This document shows positions 35,563 through 45,058 of a stretch of 55,617 bases of DNA, piece by piece (within the stretch, counting starts at the first letter, position 1; every line of letters starts with the position of its first letter). The stretch comes from an uncultured Syntrophus sp. (GTDB lineage: Bacteria > Desulfobacterota > Syntrophia > Syntrophales > UBA5619), in NCBI GenBank assembly GCA_964540555.1, contig CAZINF010000003.1, forward strand, positions 1 to 55,617. Direction: 5' to 3'. A program made the position numbers and the translations under genes. The notes under the pieces are model-generated. The model ran no database searches and was not told the DNA's origin. It saw only the letters and a program-made list of their open reading frames with translations.

Positions 35563-37434
35563 TCAGGGCTCCTTTTTCCTTATTTCTCCGATACCCAGCT
35601 TTTTTAAAGTCTCCGCTGTAGGTATGCCGGTTTTGGGATCCCACCCCATCAGGGTGTAATAATTTTCAACCATCCAATCCCATTTCTGCATGATGTTTTG
35701 CCCCTTCGCCGGACCATCGACCGGTATCGAACCATAGCGGGTGGAAGGACGTTCGAGTTCTTTCTTCAGACCGTGCCGGACGTTGAACATTCTCAGTTGG
35801 TTGACGACCCGCCGGCCGAGGGTAAAGGCATCGTCAAGGGTCCAGTTCCAGCCGGTAACGGCATTAAAGCATTCCAGGACCATTTTAGGGGCAGGCGATG
35901 CGAGTCGGCAGGTGCCGACACAATCGTCAAATTGTCGGATGCCGTTGTATTTGGCGTTAAAGGTGGAAATCTCCTCGTGCGAAAAATGATCCTTGATCGG
36001 TTCCATATCCACCATCTCCGGTTGTACGCCGGCCCAGGTCGCCTCGATCGTGCCTGTGTTGGATAAACAGGTGTCCATGAGCTCGAACCAGCGGGTTTTC
36101 CCCCGATGATCATGGCCCCTTGGCGCGGCGCCTTTTTGCGTATAGACGGCCCAGTCCGCCGCTTCTCCGCCTGTCGCCTGGGAAGCCCGCATCACCCCTT
36201 CGGCAAGCAGGTTCCCGAGATACCCCTCTCTCCTGACAATACGGTTGAGAAGCTCCTTCACCGACTCCACATTTCCCCAGGAAAGATCGAGGCCATCGGT
36301 CTCTTTGGTGGTAAAGAGCCCTTTCTCGAAGCATTCCATAACCCAGCCGACAACCCAGCTCGCTTCGTTGCAATCGATCCCCAGCCTGTCCACCTCATTG
36401 GCGAGCATCACGACGGCGCCCAAATCCGTGTTGCCGATTTGGGGGCCCCACGCGGAGAGTTGTTCATACTCGGGCTCTTCTCCGACAAACCCCGTGTAGG
36501 GTCCTTCCGTGACGGTGGCTTCCTTAACGTGCGCAAGCCTGCATTTATAGCAGGGCTTTGACCGCATCTTAAAATGGGTTCTCATATATTGACCGCCCAT
36601 TTTCTCGTGTTCAGGGAAAAGGTTCGTGGTGTAATTCTTGACCGGCAGGGATCCGCCGGCATGGATTCTCGAAAAACTTCCGCCGGTGCCCCATTGATAA
36701 TACTGCCCCCCTTCGCGGGTCATCGCATACCCAATCATCGCTTTGGCCTTCTCCTTGAGCAGCCCCGGATCGAGAACGCCGAAGGCGGGTTTTGCCCGGT
36801 ACGCCACAACCGCTTTGAGATTTTTTGAACCCATCACCGCCCCGAGGCCGTTGTGCCCGGCGACGTGTCCTTCATCCCCCGTGATACAGGCATAGCGAAC
36901 CCGATTCTCGCCCGCAGGACCAATGCCGAAAATACTGACCTCTTTGCTTTTTACAGCCAGATCGGATCGAATCTGACGCTCCGTCTCGTTGACATCCATT
37001 CCTGCAAGATGCTGTGCGTCATGAATCGTTGCTTTCCCGTCCTTGATGACCGAGTAGCTCAGTTTCGGGGCTTTACCCTTGAAGATAATCCCGTCATATC
37101 CGGAGAATTTCAAATAGGCGCCAAAGAACCCATTTGCCTGGGACGATCCCGCAAGATTCGTCATCGGGCCTTTCGCCATGATGTTTATCGTTGCGGCGCC
37201 CGCGACATCGGTTCCCGCCAGAGGTCCTGTCGTCCAGATCAATCGGTTTTCCGCATCATCCCACTCTACCCCCGGGGGAACTTCCTCATAAAGGTACTTT
37301 GCGCCCAGGCCGACGCCGCCCACCCACTTTTTGACGGTATCCAGATCCAGATCCGCTGATGAGGTGTTTCCGGTAGAAAGATCGACCCGTAAAATCTTTC
37401 CCGCATACCCGATGCGCGTTAAATCTGTTGTCAT
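35563..37434 (-). CDS. aor: Aldehyde:ferredoxin oxidoreductase (tungstopterin AOR family)
   Basis: 623-aa ORF with full-length resemblance to AOR-family enzymes (the N-terminal GKILRVDLS motif and the Cys ligand region CYKCRLAH). Confidence 0.85.
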   Translation of the reverse strand: MTTDLTRIGYAGKILRVDLSTGNTSSADLDLDTVKKWVGGVGLGAKYLYEEVPPGVEWDDAENRLIWTTGPLAGTDVAGAATINIMAKGPMTNLAGSSQANGFFGAYLKFSGYDGIIFKGKAPKLSYSVIKDGKATIHDAQHLAGMDVNETERQIRSDLAVKSKEVSIFGIGPAGENRVRYACITGDEGHVAGHNGLGAVMGSKNLKAVVAYRAKPAFGVLDPGLLKEKAKAMIGYAMTREGGQYYQWGTGGSFSRIHAGGSLPVKNYTTNLFPEHEKMGGQYMRTHFKMRSKPCYKCRLAHVKEATVTEGPYTGFVGEEPEYEQLSAWGPQIGNTDLGAVVMLANEVDRLGIDCNEASWVVGWVMECFEKGLFTTKETDGLDLSWGNVESVKELLNRIVRREGYLGNLLAEGVMRASQATGGEAADWAVYTQKGAAPRGHDHRGKTRWFELMDTCLSNTGTIEATWAGVQPEMVDMEPIKDHFSHEEISTFNAKYNGIRQFDDCVGTCRLASPAPKMVLECFNAVTGWNWTLDDAFTLGRRVVNQLRMFNVRHGLKKELERPSTRYGSIPVDGPAKGQNIMQKWDWMVENYYTLMGWDPKTGIPTAETLKKLGIGEIRKKEP

Positions 37435-37769
37435 GTTTCTTCTCCTTATTTTCCTTCCAGTATGGTTATAAGGGATGGAGCTTATTCAACGGCCTATCAG
37501 ATTTCGAAATTTCACTATCATGATTTGCATTTCAAATCTACTGTTTCCATGTAAGCGTGTGAGCAACCCGTTTCCATGACAATTTTCAATTGAAGACTTA
37601 CAGGAGGGATGCAAATCACGGCTAAAATCATTGACTGCTTCACGAAGAGAATATATATTTGACCCGTTTTATAAATCTCTTCAGCTTCAGCATCTGCCTT
37701 CGGTTGGCATGGTTTTTCCAACCGTTGGGGATATTGTGACCTAATTCAGGATAAAGGGGTGGAAAAGGC

Positions 37770-38606
37770 ATGATTGCGACTCGGTTTTTACGTCAATTTG
37801 TATTGGCATTGTGTCTTTCTCTGATGGCTGCCTGTGTATTTGCGCAAGCACAGCCGGAACGCAGAGATTACCAGCCAGTCGAGGGCCAGGAGGGCAAGGA
37901 TGTGGTATGGGTGCCGACTGCGCAGGTGCTTGCGGATAAAATGCTGAGCATCGCGAAAGTCAACCCGCAAGATTATGTGATCGATCTCGGCTCCGGCGAC
38001 GGACGGCTTGTCATCGCTGCCGCAAAGCGTGGCGCCCGTGCGCTCGGCATCGAATACAATCCTGATCTCGTCGCGCTGTCGAAGCGCAACGCTGCCAAGG
38101 CAGGCGTCAGCGACAAGGCGAAATTCATTCAGGCGGACCTGTTTGAAAGTGACTTCTCTCAGGCGACAGTCATTACGATGTTTCTATTGCCGGAAATCAA
38201 TCTCAGGCTTCGCCCGAAGATTCTGAATCTCAAGCCCGGCACCCGTATTGTTTCGACTTCCTTTGATATGGGAGAGTGGGCAGCCGACCAGACTTTCGAC
38301 GTTACAACGGGAGAGGGCTGTGACGGCGTCTATTGCCGGGCTCACCTCTGGATCGTACCGGCCAAGGTTGAAGGCACATGGAAACTTCCTCAAGGCGAAC
38401 TGATCCTCAGGCAACGCTTCCAGACGGTTTCCGGTATGCTCAAAACGGGAGCTGGCACCATGGCGATTACGGAGGGTAAGCTCAATGGGGATAAGATCAG
38501 CTTTACCGCCGGCGATGTTCAATACATCGGGCTTATCACCGGCGATGTCATCCTGGGGACCGTCAAAACCCAAAGAGAGACGGGAAACTGGAGTGCGACC
38601 AGATAG
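37770..38606 (+). CDS. Class I SAM-dependent methyltransferase with N-terminal signal peptide
   Basis: The leader is FVLALCLSLMAACVFAQA. SAM motif I is VIDLGSGDGRLVIAAA, and the post-I acidic residue is in GIEYNP. Confidence 0.7.
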   Translation: MIATRFLRQFVLALCLSLMAACVFAQAQPERRDYQPVEGQEGKDVVWVPTAQVLADKMLSIAKVNPQDYVIDLGSGDGRLVIAAAKRGARALGIEYNPDLVALSKRNAAKAGVSDKAKFIQADLFESDFSQATVITMFLLPEINLRLRPKILNLKPGTRIVSTSFDMGEWAADQTFDVTTGEGCDGVYCRAHLWIVPAKVEGTWKLPQGELILRQRFQTVSGMLKTGAGTMAITEGKLNGDKISFTAGDVQYIGLITGDVILGTVKTQRETGNWSATR

Positions 38607-38738
38607 GGATTTGTAGCGGTTCCATCCTGATCTGAAATATACAGACACGATGTTTTCCGTTGGGAAAGAAAAATCGCCGGAAGCAACGAACGCCCGGCTC
38701 AGCGGGAGCCCTCAGTTTGGGTGATCCGCAGCCGATGG

Positions 38739-39365
38739 CTATATCAGCTTTAGTCTGCTCAACGCTTGGCCTGGCGTAACGCAAATCTCATTAGCTCTCA
38801 TGACAGCCGAATTATCCGTCAACGATACAATTGCCCGGTTTAAGCGGGCAATAAGATGTTGATCTGTGGTTATGAACAAGTCGGCGTCAGCTTCCAGTGC
38901 TGACTCCAAATGTTCTACATCAAATTCCCTTTTTCTTGGTTTGGTGTGCGCAGGGTTTTCGCGCTTACTGTTCGGAACAGTAGTCTGCAACGCCCTTTCA
39001 TGATCATGCCCATCCAAGCTTAGCATGCCTCTGAGTGCTCCCCCAAACCGGCCACCGCATAATAAAGAACCGTCATATTTGTACGTACCGTCCGCTCGAC
39101 TAAGGGGAATAGGGGTTTTTTTGAAGTAGCCGTCCTCCTTGATTTTGGAGAACGACATTGGAAGGCCGTTTAGATAACAGTCAGGTAATTCTCTTTCAAT
39201 GCAAGCGTCATAGAGGAAAATGTGTTTCAAAGGATCAGACGAGACTATTTCGAAGATTTGGTCAAAGTCCGTCGCGTGCTTTTCTAAAACACAATTCTCA
39301 AGGGGCCTGCTGTTCTTAAGGGTCAGCCAGTGCCACCAGACACACGTATCAACAAAAAGCCTCAT
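38739..39365 (-). CDS. Hypothetical protein with PIN-like termini (possible nuclease), 84 nt downstream of the large methyltransferase
   Basis: 208-aa ORF. It starts MRLFVDTCVW (the first PIN acidic position) and ends ...EHLESALEADADLFITTDQHL (a PIN-like C-terminal acidic motif), with a ~100-aa unrecognised insert between. Assignment is tentative. Confidence 0.4.
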   Translation of the reverse strand: MRLFVDTCVWWHWLTLKNSRPLENCVLEKHATDFDQIFEIVSSDPLKHIFLYDACIERELPDCYLNGLPMSFSKIKEDGYFKKTPIPLSRADGTYKYDGSLLCGGRFGGALRGMLSLDGHDHERALQTTVPNSKRENPAHTKPRKREFDVEHLESALEADADLFITTDQHLIARLNRAIVSLTDNSAVMRANEICVTPGQALSRLKLI

Positions 39366-39449
39366 AAGTTCAATTCATTTCAAGATACGCGCCGCATCAC
39401 CCTTAGTGTGGCTACCCGCCGAAACGTTTCATGCGGCTGTTCGCAATTT

Positions 39450-42400
39450 TTATTGTTTCGTCCACGGATAGGTCGTCCGGATCACGTTCCGGTAGTTGTC
39501 GTCCAGGGATGGCTGCAAGGCAACAAGAACCGTGAGACGACGCGCCATTTCCGTGACGTAGCGGACTTCCTCCGGCGTCAAGCCTCGGCCGAGTAAGGGT
39601 TTCTCGCGGTACGAGAGCCACTTCTTGATGACCTGGTAACCGCCGATTGTGTAGCCCCAGACGGGTTGGGGAACGTTCCTCCAGCATGCGTTATCGTTAA
39701 GGAAAATGTCGCAGGCGCCGTCCTCCCGGCGGATCAGCTTCCCTTTGCCCGGCATGGTCACGCCACCTTTGCCGGCATGGCCCCATCCGGCGGTCAGATC
39801 CAAGTCGCCGGATTCAGGGTTCGCGGGTTTTCCGTCCACGCGCTGAAACAGAGCGATGTGCTTCAGGTCGTCACGAATCTTCCCGGCGGTCACGCCGGGA
39901 ACCGGCACTTCCGTATCCAGCAAGGCCGCCACCTGCCGACCGAGGGACGTGGAGGTGAGCAGCGAATCCTTCGCCTGCGGAAGCGGAATCCGCGGCCAGT
40001 CCTGGCGGATGCCGTCCGTGTTTTCGGCAAGATAGGCGGGCGAATAGCCGATGGCCAGCGCGTGATACCAGATCAATTCGGCGGTCTCCTGATCGGTGTC
40101 CGGGTCTGGCAGGTCAAGTGACGCCAGATAGGTGCGAGCCGAGGGGGACAGGTTGGCGGTGATCTTCTCCGATTCGGTTTCCATGCCCGGCAAGGTGTGA
40201 TTATCGACAGCTTGTCGGCTGAATCGGGTTGATGGCCCTGCGTTCAGACGGATCGGAAAGTGACGAGCATGACCGGAAATACAGTCATAATCACAGACAA
40301 CAGGCGAAAAGAAGAAGGGCGAGCCTTCTGGGTCTTTGTCGGCGGTGTCGCGAGTGATGAAAAACGCATTACCTTGAAAGCGTTGATTCAAAAGTTGCGG
40401 ACTTGGCTCGCTGAAAAGAGGACGCAAATTCTCCAGATAACACCACCGCACATCGTATGGTTTGAATGGATACCGGACGATACGAGATTCGTCGTATTGA
40501 AATTCACTTAAAACTTTCCGTCTTGCCTCGGGACCAACGATCCGGTTGCCGGTCATCATCAAAGGTGGGTAGATCCTCTCGATCTCCTCATTAGAAACTT
40601 CAGCATCGAAATATGAGGAGATCCGACCCGTAAGATGCTCTTTCGCCATGGAAATCAATGCGAATCCTCTACGTTCCACTGGACCGTTGTATGGAGGTGT
40701 CTTACAAAAATCGGTTAGTTTCGGCCATCCGAGATACGCGCTCGTAACATCCGATGGTCGAAAGCTCCAGCGGTTGTCAATTCTGGGTTTGGTCGTTTCG
40801 TATTGCACATCGAAGTCCTGAGCATTGAGGCTGGCAAGGAGATCGGTGCGTTTCGTCGCGCCCCAGAAATGGCGGAAATGGACAGCGGTCTCGCCATCCC
40901 GGAAACGGCTTCGCTTCACGAATAAACCAATGGTCGTGCCGACGCGGATGCCCTCGCGGTTCCATTCCGTCGAGAAGACCGACGGATCGGGTTTGCCGTC
41001 GGGTGTCAGCTTGCCCGTTTCACGGCTGTCGCCGTTCATGCAGTCTAGCCAGATGGCGTCGAACCCCTCCAGAAACCGCCGCCGCGCAACGACAAACGAG
41101 GGATCGCCCAGATAGGAAAAATTCGAGATGAACGACACGACGCCCCGACCTCCGACTTCAGCGATCCGCCGTTCTGCGAGCCGGAAGAAGCGGATGTAGA
41201 GATCGTCGAGATTGAACTTCTTGATGCCCCACTCGGAGATGAGGCCTTTTTTGTAAGGTTCGACCAGACCGTTTTCCTCCTCGGGACTGACACCGGCGAA
41301 GGCGTTGTAGGGCGGGTTGCCGAGGATGACCAGGATCGGCTTTTCCTGCTTCACTCGGCCGGCGGCGTCGCGTTCGTCGTCGAAACCGGGAAAGGCGATC
41401 TGTTTCGGCTTTTCCTTGGGCGGCTCCCAGCCGGTGAGGGCGTTGGTCAGATAGACCCCGACGCGTTCGGGAGGATCGCTGCGGTCGCTGAGCGGCGCAC
41501 CGAGGGTTTCGAGTTCCAGACCGAGCTGGAGATGAGCGATAACGAACGGTGCGGGCAGAATCTCAAAGCCGAAGACGCGCTCCATGGCGGCCTTCTTGAG
41601 ATCATTCGCAACCAGGGCGTCGCCGCCCTTGTCGTGCAGTGTAGCGGCGATGCGGCGGAGAACCGCCCGCAGATAGGCGCCGGTGCCGCAACAGGGATCG
41701 AGGACGATCACGTTCGGGTCCGTGAGTCCGTCGGCGAGACCGAGTTCGGAGCGGAGGACCGCGTCCACGCGTTCGACCTGGTAGCGGACGATCTCCTCGG
41801 GGGTGTACCAGACGCCGAGTTCCTTGCGCAATTCAGGATCGAACGCGTGCAGGAAGGGCTCATAGAAGTACTGGACTGCGTGCCCCTCGTCAAAGGACCG
41901 GAAGAACTCCACGCGGTCCACGCGATTCAGGGCGGCTGCGGTCCAGTCGAGAACTTCGATAAGGCCCAACGTGCCGAGACGGGCGGGGTCGGCGACTTGA
42001 ACGAAAAGGGCGCGGAGCATGGGAACGCGCAAGAGGTAATGGGCGGAGCGCCAGTCGAAGCCGCCGGCGACGGCATACGGCGCCGCCGTCTCTCGGAGGG
42101 CATCGGCAAATCCGGTTTTTTCACTCAGTTTGGCATCGCGCCGCCGCGCCCACAGGACCCAAGCCGAGAAGACGCCGTAAAAGAGGGTTTGAATGAGCGT
42201 CGAACGAAAAAAATGCTCGCCCTTCTCGCCTTCGAAACGCAGGCTGAGGGCGTCTTCGAGCGCCTGTCGAAGGCTGGTCAGGGCCGGGAGATCAGCTTGA
42301 TCGATGCGAAGCCTCGCGTCATGGGCATAGGAGGCGAGAATGCCGGCCACGTCTTGTGGAGCGGCCAGCGGTGCATTATGGAGCAGCACACGCTTCAAAT

Positions 42401-42932
42401 ACTCCAGCATGCGTTCGCCGTGTTCTGCCGACGCCCGGCGCGGCTGGGCGGTGAGACGCCAGAATTCGCCTTCGGACTCTGCCAGCGTGAAGGATTCCAG
42501 AACGCACGGTTGTCCGGTCGGGCCTTTCCCGATGAGGGCGAAGGCGCGGAAATTGGTCACAAGCACCATGCCGTACTTTTTCCAGTATCGCTCCACCTGC
42601 TCGGATCCGGCCACCCGGCGGACATCTTCAGACGGGGGTTTGGCTTCTATCACACCACGCGACGGGTTCTGAACCAGGAAGGGGTCCTCCTTGGCGTCCG
42701 CGCCGCGTGACTTGCGGTGGAACTGATCCGCGGAGAACAGGCCGCCGTCGGGAAGTCCGGCACCCCGGTTGGCAAGGTTGATGACGCAGCGGACCTTGGG
42801 GGAAAGACCTTTCCCTATGCCCGAGAGCAGCCGTTCCAACGCCGGATAGAACGAAGTCTCGGCCACGCTGGATCTTGTATCCCGAACTTCCCCCATCTCG
42901 GTCAGGTAACGTTCTATCAGGTTTTCGGGCAT
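39450..42932 (-). CDS. Large single-polypeptide N6-adenine DNA methyltransferase with N-terminal PD-ExK nuclease-like motif (type IIG/IIL or type ISP-related restriction-modification enzyme)
   Basis: 1160-aa ORF. SAM motif I is VLDPCCGTGAYL (about 41669-41710). Catalytic motif IV is NPPY (41318-41307, in LVILGNPPYNAF). The N-terminal candidate nuclease motif is GLPD (D62, 42749-42747) ... VIEAK (E96/K98, 42647-42639). The C-terminal WGYTIGGYQVIKKWLSYRE motif is, as I recall, seen in the type ISP/MmeI-like C-terminal domain. Confidence 0.7.
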   Translation of the reverse strand: MPENLIERYLTEMGEVRDTRSSVAETSFYPALERLLSGIGKGLSPKVRCVINLANRGAGLPDGGLFSADQFHRKSRGADAKEDPFLVQNPSRGVIEAKPPSEDVRRVAGSEQVERYWKKYGMVLVTNFRAFALIGKGPTGQPCVLESFTLAESEGEFWRLTAQPRRASAEHGERMLEYLKRVLLHNAPLAAPQDVAGILASYAHDARLRIDQADLPALTSLRQALEDALSLRFEGEKGEHFFRSTLIQTLFYGVFSAWVLWARRRDAKLSEKTGFADALRETAAPYAVAGGFDWRSAHYLLRVPMLRALFVQVADPARLGTLGLIEVLDWTAAALNRVDRVEFFRSFDEGHAVQYFYEPFLHAFDPELRKELGVWYTPEEIVRYQVERVDAVLRSELGLADGLTDPNVIVLDPCCGTGAYLRAVLRRIAATLHDKGGDALVANDLKKAAMERVFGFEILPAPFVIAHLQLGLELETLGAPLSDRSDPPERVGVYLTNALTGWEPPKEKPKQIAFPGFDDERDAAGRVKQEKPILVILGNPPYNAFAGVSPEEENGLVEPYKKGLISEWGIKKFNLDDLYIRFFRLAERRIAEVGGRGVVSFISNFSYLGDPSFVVARRRFLEGFDAIWLDCMNGDSRETGKLTPDGKPDPSVFSTEWNREGIRVGTTIGLFVKRSRFRDGETAVHFRHFWGATKRTDLLASLNAQDFDVQYETTKPRIDNRWSFRPSDVTSAYLGWPKLTDFCKTPPYNGPVERRGFALISMAKEHLTGRISSYFDAEVSNEEIERIYPPLMMTGNRIVGPEARRKVLSEFQYDESRIVRYPFKPYDVRWCYLENLRPLFSEPSPQLLNQRFQGNAFFITRDTADKDPEGSPFFFSPVVCDYDCISGHARHFPIRLNAGPSTRFSRQAVDNHTLPGMETESEKITANLSPSARTYLASLDLPDPDTDQETAELIWYHALAIGYSPAYLAENTDGIRQDWPRIPLPQAKDSLLTSTSLGRQVAALLDTEVPVPGVTAGKIRDDLKHIALFQRVDGKPANPESGDLDLTAGWGHAGKGGVTMPGKGKLIRREDGACDIFLNDNACWRNVPQPVWGYTIGGYQVIKKWLSYREKPLLGRGLTPEEVRYVTEMARRLTVLVALQPSLDDNYRNVIRTTYPWTKQ

Positions 42933-43221
42933 GATACCTTATTCCATTCTGCTTACGATCGGCAATGTCTCATATTGGCGAACGAGTCTACTCAGCGGCC
43001 GCCCGCTTGCGACCGGTCATTCCTGCGCCCTATGATCTTGTGAAGCGTGTGGGAAGGTTCCTGCACGTGGACAAGAAATCACTATTCAGTCATTTTGTCA
43101 ATGATTTTAGGAATGATTGTTCTTGCCATCCGGGGCGCTTGATGTTATTTTTCATATACGTTTATAGACTAGATGAGCGACAGACCATTCAATGCGGTGT
43201 GCAGTGGCCGAATAGAGCTTC

Positions 43222-44220
43222 ATGAAATACCTTGGACATCTTTCCAAAAAAGATCCCCTCTATGGGTATCTGCGCTGCGACATCCTCCCGCAGCTCGGTG
43301 TCGACGGCGTTTCCCCCGACTTCCGGGTGTATGGCCTTCAGGCATCCAACCATGTTTACCTTTACGAAGAGCTGAGCAGCCGGATGTGTATTGTCGGAAA
43401 GTTTTTTTCCGGCATCACAGGCCGCTCGCCGGAGACTGCCTGCCATCACATGGAGCGGGAATTCAACAATCTTCATTATCTGCGCAGCATCGGCTTTACC
43501 GGCTATCCCCATTACATCGTCCGCCCTCTCGGCCGCAATGCCGGTCTCAACTGTCTTCTGGTTGAGGAATTCTGCTACGGCACGTCTCTCGACACCTTTA
43601 TCATCAAGGCGATCCAGGAAGGTGCGAGAGAAGCCTTCTTTCAGAAACTCGCCTCTCTCGCCTATTTTCTCGCTACCCTGCACAATAGGACTGCTACCGG
43701 TGACCGGGTGGATATGAACCGGGACTGCTCCTACTTCGACCGGGTCATGGATCAGTTGAAAAACTGGGGACACATCGGATGGGATGAGGCTGAGGATTTC
43801 CACCGGCTGAAGGAGCAGTGGCGGGAAAAGGGGTTTATGTGGGAGGACAACCAGGTCCTCGTCCACGGCGACGTGACACCCACCAATATCCTCTTCGGTG
43901 ACGGCCCCTGGGTCATCGCCATCGACCTGGAGCGCATGAAACCGGCGGACCGGGTCTTCGATGTGGGGCGGGTGGCCGCCGAGATCAAGCATTTCTTCAT
44001 GCAACACACCGGCGATAAATGGCTGGCGGAACCTTTTATCGGGCACTTCCTCTGGGAGTATGCCTGCCACTTCCCCGACCGGGACAGCGCCTTTCGGTCC
44101 ATCACCCGGCGCGTTCCGTTTCACATGGGGATGACCCTGCTGCGGATCGCGCGCAACTCGTGGATCACCAATCATTACCGCCGACAGTTACTGGATGAGG
44201 CAAGGATGACATTGAGGTAG
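43222..44220 (+). CDS. Aminoglycoside-phosphotransferase/choline-kinase-fold small-molecule kinase
   Basis: 332-aa ORF with the catalytic loop VHGDVTPTNILF followed by IDLERM (the APH-family Brenner and DxD-equivalent motifs). Confidence 0.7.
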   Translation: MKYLGHLSKKDPLYGYLRCDILPQLGVDGVSPDFRVYGLQASNHVYLYEELSSRMCIVGKFFSGITGRSPETACHHMEREFNNLHYLRSIGFTGYPHYIVRPLGRNAGLNCLLVEEFCYGTSLDTFIIKAIQEGAREAFFQKLASLAYFLATLHNRTATGDRVDMNRDCSYFDRVMDQLKNWGHIGWDEAEDFHRLKEQWREKGFMWEDNQVLVHGDVTPTNILFGDGPWVIAIDLERMKPADRVFDVGRVAAEIKHFFMQHTGDKWLAEPFIGHFLWEYACHFPDRDSAFRSITRRVPFHMGMTLLRIARNSWITNHYRRQLLDEARMTLR

Positions 44221-44227
44221 AGGTGCT

Positions 44228-44950
44228 ATGGCAATAAAGGGGATCCTTTTTGATCTTTACGGGACATTGATCGATATCGAGACCGACGAGTCCATGGAAG
44301 AGATATACCGCGGAATCGCCCATTATCTGACCTACCATGGGGTATGCCTGCACCGGTGGGAGGTGCGGGATCGTTACTACCGGATCATGAAACAACAAAA
44401 AGAACTGTGCGGAGAGGAATACCCGGAAATAGACGTGGAGGCCATTTGGAACACTTTCCTCGAGCAGGAAGGTGTAAAAGCAGACCATGAACGTCGGAAA
44501 CTTGCCTTGATTCTTGCCCAGCTCTACCGGGGCATATCCCGGAATCGTCTCCAGCTTTACCCCGGCGTGATGAAGGTGCTCGACGAGCTGCGCCCCGCCT
44601 ATCGCATGGTCCTCATTTCCGATGCCCAACCCTGTTACGCCCTGCCGGAGATGAAGGCGGTGGGACTGGACGGCTACTTCGACCCCGTCATCATCTCCGC
44701 AAATTACGGATTCAGGAAGCCTGATAGGAGGCTCATCGAGAAGGCTCTCGACATCATGAAACTCATGTCGGCCGAGGTCATCTGCGTGGGTAACGACATG
44801 TACCGGGACATTTACGGGGCGAACCGGCTCGGCATCAAGACCATCTTCGTCGACTCGAACCAAGGAGACAAATACCACGAGAATGTAACCCCCGACTACC
44901 TCGCTCACCGATTTGAGGATGTACTCAAGGGAGTGAAAGCACTGCGATGA
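44228..44950 (+). CDS. HAD-superfamily hydrolase (haloacid-dehalogenase-like, DxYGT subtype)
   Basis: Motif I is ILFDLYGTLID, motif II is LISDA, and motif IV is VGNDMYRDI. Confidence 0.75.
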   Translation: MAIKGILFDLYGTLIDIETDESMEEIYRGIAHYLTYHGVCLHRWEVRDRYYRIMKQQKELCGEEYPEIDVEAIWNTFLEQEGVKADHERRKLALILAQLYRGISRNRLQLYPGVMKVLDELRPAYRMVLISDAQPCYALPEMKAVGLDGYFDPVIISANYGFRKPDRRLIEKALDIMKLMSAEVICVGNDMYRDIYGANRLGIKTIFVDSNQGDKYHENVTPDYLAHRFEDVLKGVKALR

Positions 44951-45058
44951 ACGTTTCAGAATGCTTTGTCGCCGGGACAGTACAAGGGGGACGCCTTTTG
45001 CCGGTGCAACAGAAGCATCCTGTTGGAATTCCCCGTTGACATCGTCAACTTCTGTTAG

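Noticed and set aside
39450-42932. Interpretation of the 1160-aa NPPY methyltransferase as BREX PglX.
   Set aside because: No brxA/B/C, pglZ or brxL-like genes are adjacent. In addition, the N-terminal PD...ExK-like motif and the C-terminal GGYQVxxKWL motif fit MmeI-like or type ISP-like single-chain enzymes better.
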